This document shows, in pieces, positions 7,617 through 16,632 of a DNA stretch of 64,000 bases (position 1 is its first letter; each line of letters opens with the position of its first letter). This DNA is from Patescibacteria group bacterium. Lineage in GTDB: Bacteria > Patescibacteriota > Patescibacteriia > 2-12-FULL-60-25. A program made the position numbers and the translations under genes. The notes under the pieces were generated by a model. The model was given only the letters and a program-made list of their open reading frames with translations, was not told where the DNA came from and ran no database searches. The DNA is taken from NCBI GenBank assembly GCA_052033585.1, contig JBPOJM010000007.1, forward strand, positions 9,187 to 73,186. Reading direction: 5' to 3'.

Positions 7617-9899
7617 ATGATCACTGCTCCCAAAGAATTCTCCATCGATCTCGCTGGTCGCAAACTTTCCATTAGTGTCGGACAACTCGCCCAACAAGCC
7701 AATGGCTCATGTGTGGTTCGCTATGGTGATACTGTCGCGCTGTGTACCGCCACCCTCGGTGAAGCTCGCGAAGACGCCGGCTTTTTTCCGTTAAGCGTTG
7801 ACTTCGAAGAGCGTTTATACGCCGCTGGTCGCATTAAAGGCTCCCGCTTCATCAAACGCGAAGGTCGCCCCACCGACGAAGCAATTCTTTCAGGGCGCTT
7901 AATTGACCGCGCGATCCGTCCACTCTTTCCCAACAATCTTCGTAATGAAGTGGCAGTCGTGACAACCGTCTTATCTCATGACCAAGAAAACGATGCCGAT
8001 ATTCCAGGACTCATCGGCTCTGCCTGTGCCCTCGCTATCTCTGATATTCCATGGAACGGACCGATCGCCGCTGTCCGCATCGGTCGCAAAGAGGGAAACC
8101 TCATAGTCATGCCGACGTACACGGACATCGACACGGGTGATCTTGATCTTGTCGTGGCGGGAACATCGGAAAAAACCATCATGGTCGAAGCCGGTGCCAA
8201 TATCGTGCCCGAAACCGTCGCCCTCGAAGCTATCAAGCTCGCTCTCACACACCTAAATCCCATCATCGATCTCATCAATCAAGTACAAAAAGCGGTCGGA
8301 AAAAGCAAAATCGATCTCGACACCCCCAAGACCGAAGAAGAAGCCGCTAAGCGTGCCGAACTTCAAGCCTTGCATGATAAAGTCACGGCCTTTTTGTCGA
8401 CAAAAACCGGTATCGTCTTTACCGAGCCTTTAAAAACCAAAGCCGACCGCAAAGTCTGTGTTGGCCGGTTAAAAAAAGAAGTGGATACCTACCTCACCGC
8501 CGAAGGCATCGGCAAAGACATGCGCAAAAAAGCCGATGTCGCGATCAACGACTTTGTCGAAAGCGAAATCACCAAACAAATTTTAGACACCAAACGTCGC
8601 GCCGATGGTCGCAGCGTGACCGAAATCCGTAGCCTTGGAGCTCTCGTCGCCTTCGTTCCTCGCACTCACGGTTCCGGTTTATTCGAACGTGGCTCAACCC
8701 AAGTCCTCACAAGCGTTACGCTTGGCGCCCCTGGCATGGAACAGACACTCGACACCATGGAATACCAAGCCAAAAAGCGCTACTTCCACCACTACAACTT
8801 TCCAAGCTTCTCTGTCGGCGAAACAAAGCCCAACCGCGGCCCTGGTCGTCGAGAAATCGGTCACGGCGCCCTCGCAGAACGCGCCCTCATGCCCGTCCTC
8901 CCAAATAAAGAATCGTTCCCTTACACCATTCGCGTTGTCTCCGAAGTCTTAGGCTCGAACGGCTCAAGCTCCATGGGTGCCACCTGTGGCTCAACTCTCG
9001 CCCTCATGGACGCCGGTGTACCTATCTCCGCACCCGTTGCCGGGATCGCCATGGGTCTTGCAAGCGACGAAAAAAATAACCGGTACCAAGTCATCACTGA
9101 TCTGCAAGATCTTGAGGACGGTGAAGGCGGCATGGATTTCAAAATCGCCGGGACACGCGAAGGGATCACCGCCATCCAAATGGACACCAAAACATCTGGT
9201 CTCCCCTGGCACGTCGTCGAACAAACCTTTGCTCAAGCCAAAGACGCGCGCAACCAGATCCTCGACCTCATCGAACAAACCATTCCTGCCCCTCGCGCAG
9301 AATTATCCAAATATGCGCCTCGCATCATCTCCTTCATGATCAATCCAGATCGCATCCGCGATGTGATTGGTCCGGGCGGCAAAATGATCAACGAAATCAT
9401 CGCCACCCATAAAGTTGAGATCGATATCGAAGACAACGGCCTCGTGATGGTCACAAGCTCAAACCCAGAATCCCTCGAAGCCGCCGTCAACTGGATCAAG
9501 CAACTCACCCGCGAGGTTAAAGTCGGTGAAACCTTCCGCGGTGTCGTCACACGCCTCATGGACTTCGGTGCCTTCGTCGAAATTCTTCCTAAGGTTGAAG
9601 GTCTCGTACACATCTCTGAGATGGCGCCCTATCGTGTCGCGAAAGTGGGAGATATCGTAAAAGTCGGCGACATGGTCAACGTCATCGTCCACGAAATCGA
9701 CTCCCTCGGCCGCGTAAATCTCTCCATGAAACGCGCCGAAGGCAACACCTACCCACCCGCCCCCAAGACCGATGATCGTGCCCCCGGCAGCAAACCTCCA
9801 AGCCCGCGCCCCTCGCCTCCAAAACCAAGCTCATCGTCCCCCTTCGGCGGTGGCAAACCCTTCAAAGCTCCCACAAGCCCAGACGCATCACTTGTTTAA
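7617..9899 (+). CDS. pnp: polyribonucleotide nucleotidyltransferase (PNPase)
   Basis: 760 aa with two RNase PH-like halves, then KH ('IRDVIGPGGKMINEI') and S1 ('GETFRGVVTRLMDFGAFVEILP...GLVHISE') domains. It lies two genes downstream of rpsO, with an NYN gene between them. Confidence 0.97.
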   Translation: MITAPKEFSIDLAGRKLSISVGQLAQQANGSCVVRYGDTVALCTATLGEAREDAGFFPLSVDFEERLYAAGRIKGSRFIKREGRPTDEAILSGRLIDRAIRPLFPNNLRNEVAVVTTVLSHDQENDADIPGLIGSACALAISDIPWNGPIAAVRIGRKEGNLIVMPTYTDIDTGDLDLVVAGTSEKTIMVEAGANIVPETVALEAIKLALTHLNPIIDLINQVQKAVGKSKIDLDTPKTEEEAAKRAELQALHDKVTAFLSTKTGIVFTEPLKTKADRKVCVGRLKKEVDTYLTAEGIGKDMRKKADVAINDFVESEITKQILDTKRRADGRSVTEIRSLGALVAFVPRTHGSGLFERGSTQVLTSVTLGAPGMEQTLDTMEYQAKKRYFHHYNFPSFSVGETKPNRGPGRREIGHGALAERALMPVLPNKESFPYTIRVVSEVLGSNGSSSMGATCGSTLALMDAGVPISAPVAGIAMGLASDEKNNRYQVITDLQDLEDGEGGMDFKIAGTREGITAIQMDTKTSGLPWHVVEQTFAQAKDARNQILDLIEQTIPAPRAELSKYAPRIISFMINPDRIRDVIGPGGKMINEIIATHKVEIDIEDNGLVMVTSSNPESLEAAVNWIKQLTREVKVGETFRGVVTRLMDFGAFVEILPKVEGLVHISEMAPYRVAKVGDIVKVGDMVNVIVHEIDSLGRVNLSMKRAEGNTYPPAPKTDDRAPGSKPPSPRPSPPKPSSSSPFGGGKPFKAPTSPDASLV

Positions 9900-9901
9900 A
9901 C

Positions 9902-9944
9902 ACAAGATAAAAGACCCTGCATGAAGCGGGGTCTTTTATCTTGT
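9902..9944 (+). terminator. pnp intrinsic terminator
   Basis: acaagataaaagaccc / gggtcttttatcttgt form a 16-bp stem. Confidence 0.7.
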
Positions 9945-10104
9945 CCCAAAAAACTGTCCGGAAGAATAAAGAAGCATTCAAAAAGGACACCTTATGCCCA
10001 TGGCTACATGCTGAAAATTTGTATATTAAGACATCAAGCAATCGTGTAATGACTGTAGCTGAATAAAAGAGAATGTGCTATCCTTCCAAAGAAGATACCA
10101 CCAT

Positions 10105-10812
10105 ATGAATGACTCCTCAGCAAAGATCGTTTCTGCGTCCATAATATTTTCCGCCCTTCTTGTTGTAGCAGCTGTATGGCACACATCCAGTAAAAAAAAT
10201 CCAGACCTCGACGCAGCCCTAAAAAGCATTGCTGAATCTCAACTAAAAATCAATGATCGATTACTAAGAATCGAGCAGGAGCGCACAGACAAAATCCAGA
10301 TTCCAACTCCTGCGATGCCTGAAAAAAACCCCCAAGAAACACCTATTAAAAACAATGCCACGAGCAGTTCTCCCACCACCGGTACCCTGCCCAACCCACC
10401 TATAACGTTCACTTGGAATGAATTCGAAGCAGAGTACCCATCCACTTTCAAACTTGAACAGACGCAGACCGGGTGGCAGTTAAATGGTAGCTCTCTCGTA
10501 AATATTTCTATTGAATGCCCGACAAGCAAGCTGACATCTTATCCTAGCTGGAATTTCACAGAAAAAGCTCATCGAAGTTATAACCGAAGAAATGGAAGGG
10601 CATGGGATGCCGTACTTTACGAAGGGACAGAAAAAAGCCGCTACGAAGGAGAACCAGAATACAGATTATACATTATCCAAGGCGCATGGGATCAAGCTAG
10701 TGCAGGAAAAAACGGTTGTAGCATTGCACTTACCGCGAATAATAAAACTTCTAAACAAGCATTTACGGAAGCATACGCCCTTGCCCAGCAGATATACCAA
10801 TCTATAAAGTAG
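10105..10812 (+). CDS. hypothetical membrane-anchored protein (A+T-richer than its neighbours)
   Basis: Track ORF 10075..10812. The ATG at 10105 gives 'MNDSSAKIVSASIIFSALLVVAAVW', an N-terminal TM segment. Confidence 0.6.
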   Translation: MNDSSAKIVSASIIFSALLVVAAVWHTSSKKNPDLDAALKSIAESQLKINDRLLRIEQERTDKIQIPTPAMPEKNPQETPIKNNATSSSPTTGTLPNPPITFTWNEFEAEYPSTFKLEQTQTGWQLNGSSLVNISIECPTSKLTSYPSWNFTEKAHRSYNRRNGRAWDAVLYEGTEKSRYEGEPEYRLYIIQGAWDQASAGKNGCSIALTANNKTSKQAFTEAYALAQQIYQSIK

Positions 10813-10852
10813 CACAAAACCCCCTGCTCCCTGCAGGGTCTTTTGTTAGATA

Positions 10853-10880
10853 TTGACACAAAACGCGCCCTGAGACAGGA
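10853..10880 (+). promoter_or_regulatory. TTGACA-type promoter candidate for the 10989 ORF
   Basis: TTGACA at 10853-10858. The roughly 110-nt leader contains ggctacc...ggtagc pairing. Confidence 0.25.
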
Positions 10881-10988
10881 TAGGCTACCGTTTCCAACGC
10901 CCGGAGATCCTCGAAGGGATAGGAAAATAAAAGGGTAGCTCCCTCGACAGGTCGTCAAAATAGCTAAGCAAGGAAGAGGCATAGCCAC

Positions 10989-11297
10989 ATGGCAAAACCA
11001 TGGCTCACCTTCAGCGAGAATCCTCCAACCCCCACACGCAAGCGGATCACCCTCGAAGAAGTACGCCGACACCTCACCCAGACCGGCGTGCGTACGGCCG
11101 CGAAAGACTACTCGCTGACCTGCGCACTGCTCATCCGCCTCAAGCTGGCGTGGAACAAGGTCCGGCACGTCTACGCTCCCATCGGAGAGAACCCGGGGGA
11201 GAACGACGGCATCATCACCGTACACGGCGACCCCGCAACCGGAGATCTCTGGTTCAGCACGGCAAACATCGAAGCAGACATTGGCGTCGCGATCTGA
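10989..11297 (+). CDS. hypothetical small protein in G+C-rich islet
   Basis: Track ORF of 102 aa with SD-like aaggaagagg upstream. The 204-aa antisense ORF 10692..11306 looks like a shadow. Confidence 0.45.
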   Translation: MAKPWLTFSENPPTPTRKRITLEEVRRHLTQTGVRTAAKDYSLTCALLIRLKLAWNKVRHVYAPIGENPGENDGIITVHGDPATGDLWFSTANIEADIGVAI

Positions 11298-11388
11298 ACC
11301 ACGCACCTTCCGTCATCTACCCCCCCCCCTACGGGCACCCCCGCCCACTTCCCTTTAAGAGACGAACCCCCTGTTCATCTCCTGAAGC

Positions 11389-11426
11389 AAACATAAAAGA
11401 GACCCTCACCGGTCTCTTTTATGTTT
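11389..11426. terminator. bidirectional intrinsic terminator
   Basis: aaacataaaagagacc-ctcacc-ggtctcttttatgttt. Confidence 0.7.
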
Positions 11427-11504
11427 AAAAGCGCATCAAACACAACTTCAAATTCCCATCAAAACGCTTTTCTAAAACTTGAGGTCATAGCTTGTGACCT
11501 TCAA

Positions 11505-12020
11505 CTACTCCAACACTCCGTTCCTCACAAACCCCTCCCATATCTCCGGTGCCCACACCTTCCAACTCTCCATGCATTCCTCTCGCAACACACCTTCAAC
11601 CACTTCCGGCGGCGCTCCAAAATATCCCAGCACCTTATCCGAGATCCCCGTATCCTGTAGGACACCAAATCGGGTATAGCCACCCATCACGGGGGAACGC
11701 AACCCAGATACCACACGCGAAACATGTAACTCACGAATCGGAAACGAACACATCGGACATGGCTCAACCGTCGTGTACACGGTACATCCTTTCAAAACGC
11801 GGCTCTGCAACCGCTCTTGCGCCTGTAACAGGGCGATGCGTTCTGCATGTCGATCTATCTGCTTTGTTTGCTGCAAAAGATTACTCCCCTCTCCCAAAAT
11901 CTCCCCATCCAAAACCACAATCGACCCAAACGGCAAATCCCCCGCTTTACCCGCTTCATTCGCAAGCTCAATACAACGACGCATGAACCGTTCATCTTGT
12001 TGGATATCCATAGAAGACAT
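11505..12020 (-). CDS. CMP/dCMP-type zinc deaminase (TadA/guanine-deaminase-like)
   Basis: Has the zinc-binding motifs 'HAERIAL' and 'EPCPMCSFPI' (H-A-E ... P-C-x2-C). Confidence 0.85.
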   Translation of the reverse strand: MSSMDIQQDERFMRRCIELANEAGKAGDLPFGSIVVLDGEILGEGSNLLQQTKQIDRHAERIALLQAQERLQSRVLKGCTVYTTVEPCPMCSFPIRELHVSRVVSGLRSPVMGGYTRFGVLQDTGISDKVLGYFGAPPEVVEGVLREECMESWKVWAPEIWEGFVRNGVLE

Positions 12021-12031
12021 TAATTTGAAAA

Positions 12032-12850
12032 CTACATAACCCGATCTATGTCGCCCACGATAATACTCCGATGATCGCTTTCTCCTTGTTCCTTCATAAC
12101 CTCCAAACTCCTAACATGAAGAGCACGTAAAGCGTCTTCTGCAGACTTCCCAACCGTAAGCTTCATCACTTCTTCGTTAGATAAACACTTCCAAAGCCCA
12201 TCAGATGCAAGCACAAACCGCCAATTCATCCGCAACGGCAATTTCCAATGCGTCACCGTTCCTTTACCGTTTCTCGAAATAGAATTCGTAACCCCAGCCG
12301 AACTTCCCTCATCCTCGGTAGAAATGGGAATCTCATGTCCATTTTTCTTAAAAAACAACAGACGCACATCTCCCGCCATGCAGTATTCTAGTTCTTTATT
12401 CATCAGTCTCATAGCTAAATATACCGCACCTCCATAATTTTTGGAGAGGAATTCACAATAGGCCGACTCATGGACACCATAAAAAAGATCCTTCCAAGGC
12501 ACTTGCCGTCTTGGACCCAAAGAAGAACGAAATCTGTCTTGAAATGTTCCTTCAAATACTGCGCCGATTCTCTCCGCGAGCGCATCAGCCGCTTCAGCCG
12601 CTCGCCCCATTCCCCCCATCCCATCAATAACCGCAAAGGAATTTGCCGCCGGGGCAATGACAATCCTATCTTCAATCTTCTCCTGACGTAAACCAGCATC
12701 AATAGCTGCAGCAACACGCCCATAAGTAGTCTCAAAAATGCGAGGATGTTCAAAATCAATGAAAGATAAGATCTCAGCAGATACAAAGCCCTCTTTTCGC
12801 TCTGCATACTCTCTTGGCTTTGGCTCTTTAAACATAATAAATGGTAACAA
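12032..12850 (-). CDS. PP2C-family Ser/Thr protein phosphatase
   Basis: 'FAVIDGMGGMGRAAEAA' and 'VLASDGLWKCLSNEEV' are PPM/PP2C motifs. Confidence 0.75.
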   Translation of the reverse strand: MLPFIMFKEPKPREYAERKEGFVSAEILSFIDFEHPRIFETTYGRVAAAIDAGLRQEKIEDRIVIAPAANSFAVIDGMGGMGRAAEAADALAERIGAVFEGTFQDRFRSSLGPRRQVPWKDLFYGVHESAYCEFLSKNYGGAVYLAMRLMNKELEYCMAGDVRLLFFKKNGHEIPISTEDEGSSAGVTNSISRNGKGTVTHWKLPLRMNWRFVLASDGLWKCLSNEEVMKLTVGKSAEDALRALHVRSLEVMKEQGESDHRSIIVGDIDRVM

Positions 12851-13015
12851 ATGAGAGGTGTCCTACAGATAAGAATAGGCAGACAAATAGTAAACGCGTT
12901 GCACTTCTCTGTTTAAGACTATATCTTTTGATTCCTTTTATAACTGCTGGAAGATTAAATACAAATCCATTGTAACATAAGACAAAATCCCCGCCATTAA
13001 AGCGGAGATTTTGCG

Positions 13016-13091
13016 TGGTGGACCCTAGCGGGATCGAACCGCTGACCTCTTCCATGCCATGGAAGCGCTCTACCAGCTGAGCTAAGAGCCC
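13016..13091 (-). tRNA. tRNA-Ala (anticodon GGC), CCA encoded
   Basis: The reverse complement GGGCTCTTAGCTCAGCTGGTAGAGCGCTTCCATGGCATGGAAGAGGTCAGCGGTTCGATCCCGCTAGGGTCCACCA folds as a cloverleaf, has the G3:U70 pair and an ATGGCAT anticodon loop. Confidence 0.9.
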
Positions 13092-13201
13092 AATATGAAC
13101 GGTCAGAGTGTGCCAAATTCATGCTTGTCCGTCAACCCTTGACAGATCACTCTAAATATGGAACGGAGTATAGGAATAAACTATCCTTAGTCGACCTTTT
13201 T

Positions 13202-13567
13202 ATGACCCTCCCCGAACCTACCCTCCGCGATATCATGAACGCAATTAACGCTCATGACCAAAGATTTGAAAAGATGGATAAACGCTTCGACGATATTATT
13301 GAAGTCATGCAAGAATCCTTTGCTCATGTAGACGCAGATTTTAGAGACATTCGTTCTAAAATGGTAACAAAAGAAGATTTAGAGCAAAGCAAGCAAGAAT
13401 TACGTCAGGAAATACAAGAAACAAAAAAGGAATTGCACCAAGAACTCCAAGACGTAAAACTAGAGTTGAAAACCGACATCAAACAACTCGGTCACCGACA
13501 GAAAATGGCAGACCGAGACCTTGAAACCATCCGTCTCCGCCTCAAACATCTCCAAACCAACCCTTAA
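13202..13567 (+). CDS. hypothetical coiled-coil protein
   Basis: Inside track ORF 13121..13567. From the ATG at 13202 the sequence has a heptad-like, charged E/K/Q-rich pattern. Confidence 0.55.
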   Translation: MTLPEPTLRDIMNAINAHDQRFEKMDKRFDDIIEVMQESFAHVDADFRDIRSKMVTKEDLEQSKQELRQEIQETKKELHQELQDVKLELKTDIKQLGHRQKMADRDLETIRLRLKHLQTNP

Positions 13568-14226
13568 CCCATCCCTTCCTGCATTTTCTTCCATATTTTG
13601 GCATGCCCATGCGCCTCGCGCATGCGTTTCACCGCCCGCTGCATCATCTCATGCGTCTCTCCTCGTTCCCCCAATTCCTCCACACGCTTCTGCCAAAATA
13701 CTGCACTCTGCGGCAATCGTTCTCCTAAATACTGATCCCATTCCCCAAACGCATCCTCCATCTCCTGCTGCTTATTCAGAACATTTGTCTTTGCTTCTGT
13801 CGATCCTGCTCCATTTTCTACTCGCTCATCCATAATCACCCCACGCACCCACAACTCTGAACGCACCAATTCCGCGCGTTCTACATCGGTCACCACTTCC
13901 TGACGCACCGCCCGCAACCAATCCCGCCATTCGCGTAATAATTCCGTTGTCGGTGTTTGTACAATGGTGCACCGTTCCACCAATCGCCCCAAGATCATTT
14001 GCTCCATCTCAAGCTCACGTTCCACAACCGCACTTCCATCAAAACGACGAATCCGATCCACCATCGAAAGCAGTTGTTTCTCCGCCTGTCGCATCACCTC
14101 TTCCATGCGCTGAGCTAATGCACGCTGTGCGCTCGCAAGCGCTGCACGACGCGCTTCCACCTTATACGCTGGCACCCCGACGTTCGTCGAGGATGTTTTG
14201 CCTTTAATCCAAGAAAATAAACGCAT
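13564..14226 (-). CDS. hypothetical helical/coiled-coil protein
   Basis: Track ORF 13564..14400. Its first 58 codons overlap the upstream gene out of frame, so the ATG at 14226 ('MRLFSWIKGK'), 4 nt after the upstream stop, is more likely. Confidence 0.55.
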   Translation of the reverse strand: MRLFSWIKGKTSSTNVGVPAYKVEARRAALASAQRALAQRMEEVMRQAEKQLLSMVDRIRRFDGSAVVERELEMEQMILGRLVERCTIVQTPTTELLREWRDWLRAVRQEVVTDVERAELVRSELWVRGVIMDERVENGAGSTEAKTNVLNKQQEMEDAFGEWDQYLGERLPQSAVFWQKRVEELGERGETHEMMQRAVKRMREAHGHAKIWKKMQEGMG

Positions 14227-14230
14227 AAAA

Positions 14231-16606
14231 TTAGCGGACAGCTCCAATACGCTCTTCCAAAACTTGCAAACGCTTCTGAACCGCCGTATTCGTCGGCACA
14301 CTCGCTGCCACCAGACGTAGTTGCGCCAACGCATCCGATAAACGTCCGGATTCCTCATATAAAGATGCAAGCTGCCAACGTGCACGCACCTGGGTTGCAT
14401 CCAATGCTAACACCTTTTCAAACGCCGCGATCGCCCGCGCTGACTGATTGATCTGCATCGCTAAAATCCCCAGCTCAAAAATCCGGTCAGCCGTAGGCTC
14501 CTGCGCTGCAACAGACTCCAAGGCTCGAAAGGCCTCCTCCCCCTTCCCTTGCCGATGGAAGATGACCGCTTCTTGGTACCGAGCAGGCACATAATCAGGC
14601 TTTAACCTCAAGGATGCCTGTGTCCAACGTGCCGCATCTTCCAATGCTTGACGCTCTTGCTGCATCGCTTGCTCTCGCACGCTCGCTTCTTTTGCCTCAA
14701 ACAACACATGAAGTTGCTGCGCACGCAATAAGAACAGTCCTCCAATTTGATACGGATAATCGGGATGCTGTGGATCACGCTGCATCGCTTCTTGATACTG
14801 CTTGATCGAAAATCCATCTGCCCCCTGAGTAAATGAGGCGATTCCGCCATAAATCATCCCCGCGTTTGCCCAACTATCTGAGTTGGCCGGAGCTAAGCGA
14901 GTCGCCTCTAGAGCTACATCCACCATCGCCGTCACTTGTTCACCCACCATCTGCGACCGTTCACTCGTTGAAGCATCTTTCACGCGCTGTAAAACCTGCA
15001 CTAAGTACGCCTGCGCCAATGCACGAGCAGACATATCATCCCAAGGATGAATGGCTCGCACAGCCCGCAAAGCTTCTACGACCTCCTGGGAAGACATCTC
15101 TCCACGTTGATAGGCAGAGACAATCCGCTCCGTCTTTGCCTGCGCCCACCACGTCTGACCACCCAGTACCAGCACCACTAATACTGCAATTGTTATTCCA
15201 AGCGCCTTCATAGGCAAAAGCCATTTCCAAGGTCGACGCATCCCATCCACCATTAAACGCATCTGCGCGGAGAAGCCCATGAGACACCCCGTCAGCGTCC
15301 AAAATATAATTTGGTGTGATAAGTTCATGTTATAGAAAAACAGCCCGACGCTCATCGCAGTCCAACCGCTAAACACAATGATCTGCAAAGGCAACCCTTC
15401 TTCAAATACATCATGTGTATGATGGCCACGTCGTGCCTTGAGAAACCGATACACACCCACCCCAAACACCGCCGCCAAAAAGAGGATGAATAGTCCGCTC
15501 ACTACCATTCCCGTCGTCGCAAACAACGTGAGAAACTGTGAACTAGCACGGTCAAACCGATTCGCCCAAAAGGCGGTGGAATTAAATTGCGGCGCACGAT
15601 ACAAGGCATAATCATAGGCCCATGTCCCTGGTCCCGTTCCCAACCAAGGGTGTGCTGCCACGGTCTGCTGCGTAATCTGCCATGAAGCAGACGTGGACAA
15701 TCCCACCTCTCCTGCCACCGGCGTTTCCCAAGTCATCGGCTTAATCAAATTCACCATCGCCATGACCATAGTCAAAAGGAACCATATTCCCCGCTTTGTT
15801 TTCTTAAAAAGATCTTGTTTTCCAAGCACCATGAAGACCGTAAGACACACAATACCTACAAGCACCATCATCCAGGCCACCCAAAACTGCACGCGCCATA
15901 AAATAACCAGGGAAGCGAGCCATAGAACCCACGCACTGCCTCGCGCCACCATTCCAGGCCAGGCGGTTAAAGAAAACACGCCTTCAAGGCGACGGCCGAA
16001 CATCATCACTCCCAGCGACACAACACTTGCCACACTCGCACACAACGACAAGGCATAAATACTTCCAGCCACCGTCACCACCTCTCCCGAAAACACCGAC
16101 CACATACCCGCTCCAACCACCCCCAAAGATCCGAGTAACAACAAAAATAATAAGGCCGAATATGAAAGGAGCATTCGGACCCGCTGCGCGACCAACCATG
16201 CAAAAATGAGGAGCGCCGCAATACTCGAAAACGTCCAGGCACGTTGACTAAATTGTCCTACCAACGATAAATACGGGTGAGCAGAAAAGATCGTCGCCAA
16301 AAAAATCCCAATACCAAATAATGCGAGAGGAATACTTGTCCATCCCATGCGAACTTCGGAACGACGCTCAAACGCACTCCGTAGTGTTCTAGCCACAAGC
16401 GCAATCCCAACAAGACCAATCAAAACCCCATGCTTAAACAATTCTGCTCGCTCAAAACTCGTAGCCGCCAACCCAGGCACAATCACAATCAGTAACGCCA
16501 AACAAATATCGGTGATAAACGACATCCATCCTCCAATCCGGGTACGCTGGACATTATCCATAAAGAGCAGAAGACCTAGACATAGATACATGCCAGTATA
16601 ACACAA
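14231..16606 (-). CDS. O-antigen ligase/polymerase-like polytopic membrane protein with C-terminal TPR repeats
   Basis: 791 aa with many TM segments, the motif 'AAHPWLGTGPGTWAY' typical of Wzy_C/O-antigen-ligase family proteins, and a TPR-like C-terminal half. Confidence 0.65.
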   Translation of the reverse strand: MCYTGMYLCLGLLLFMDNVQRTRIGGWMSFITDICLALLIVIVPGLAATSFERAELFKHGVLIGLVGIALVARTLRSAFERRSEVRMGWTSIPLALFGIGIFLATIFSAHPYLSLVGQFSQRAWTFSSIAALLIFAWLVAQRVRMLLSYSALLFLLLLGSLGVVGAGMWSVFSGEVVTVAGSIYALSLCASVASVVSLGVMMFGRRLEGVFSLTAWPGMVARGSAWVLWLASLVILWRVQFWVAWMMVLVGIVCLTVFMVLGKQDLFKKTKRGIWFLLTMVMAMVNLIKPMTWETPVAGEVGLSTSASWQITQQTVAAHPWLGTGPGTWAYDYALYRAPQFNSTAFWANRFDRASSQFLTLFATTGMVVSGLFILFLAAVFGVGVYRFLKARRGHHTHDVFEEGLPLQIIVFSGWTAMSVGLFFYNMNLSHQIIFWTLTGCLMGFSAQMRLMVDGMRRPWKWLLPMKALGITIAVLVVLVLGGQTWWAQAKTERIVSAYQRGEMSSQEVVEALRAVRAIHPWDDMSARALAQAYLVQVLQRVKDASTSERSQMVGEQVTAMVDVALEATRLAPANSDSWANAGMIYGGIASFTQGADGFSIKQYQEAMQRDPQHPDYPYQIGGLFLLRAQQLHVLFEAKEASVREQAMQQERQALEDAARWTQASLRLKPDYVPARYQEAVIFHRQGKGEEAFRALESVAAQEPTADRIFELGILAMQINQSARAIAAFEKVLALDATQVRARWQLASLYEESGRLSDALAQLRLVAASVPTNTAVQKRLQVLEERIGAVR

Positions 16607-16632
16607 AGCAGCGTGCTTCTTAGGGCATCCTC

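Noticed and set aside
13564-14400. The full-length 278-aa track ORF.
   Set aside because: Its first 58 codons overlap the 3' end of the 14231..16606 gene in another frame and are Arg/Trp/Cys-rich. The internal ATG at 14226 is a better start.
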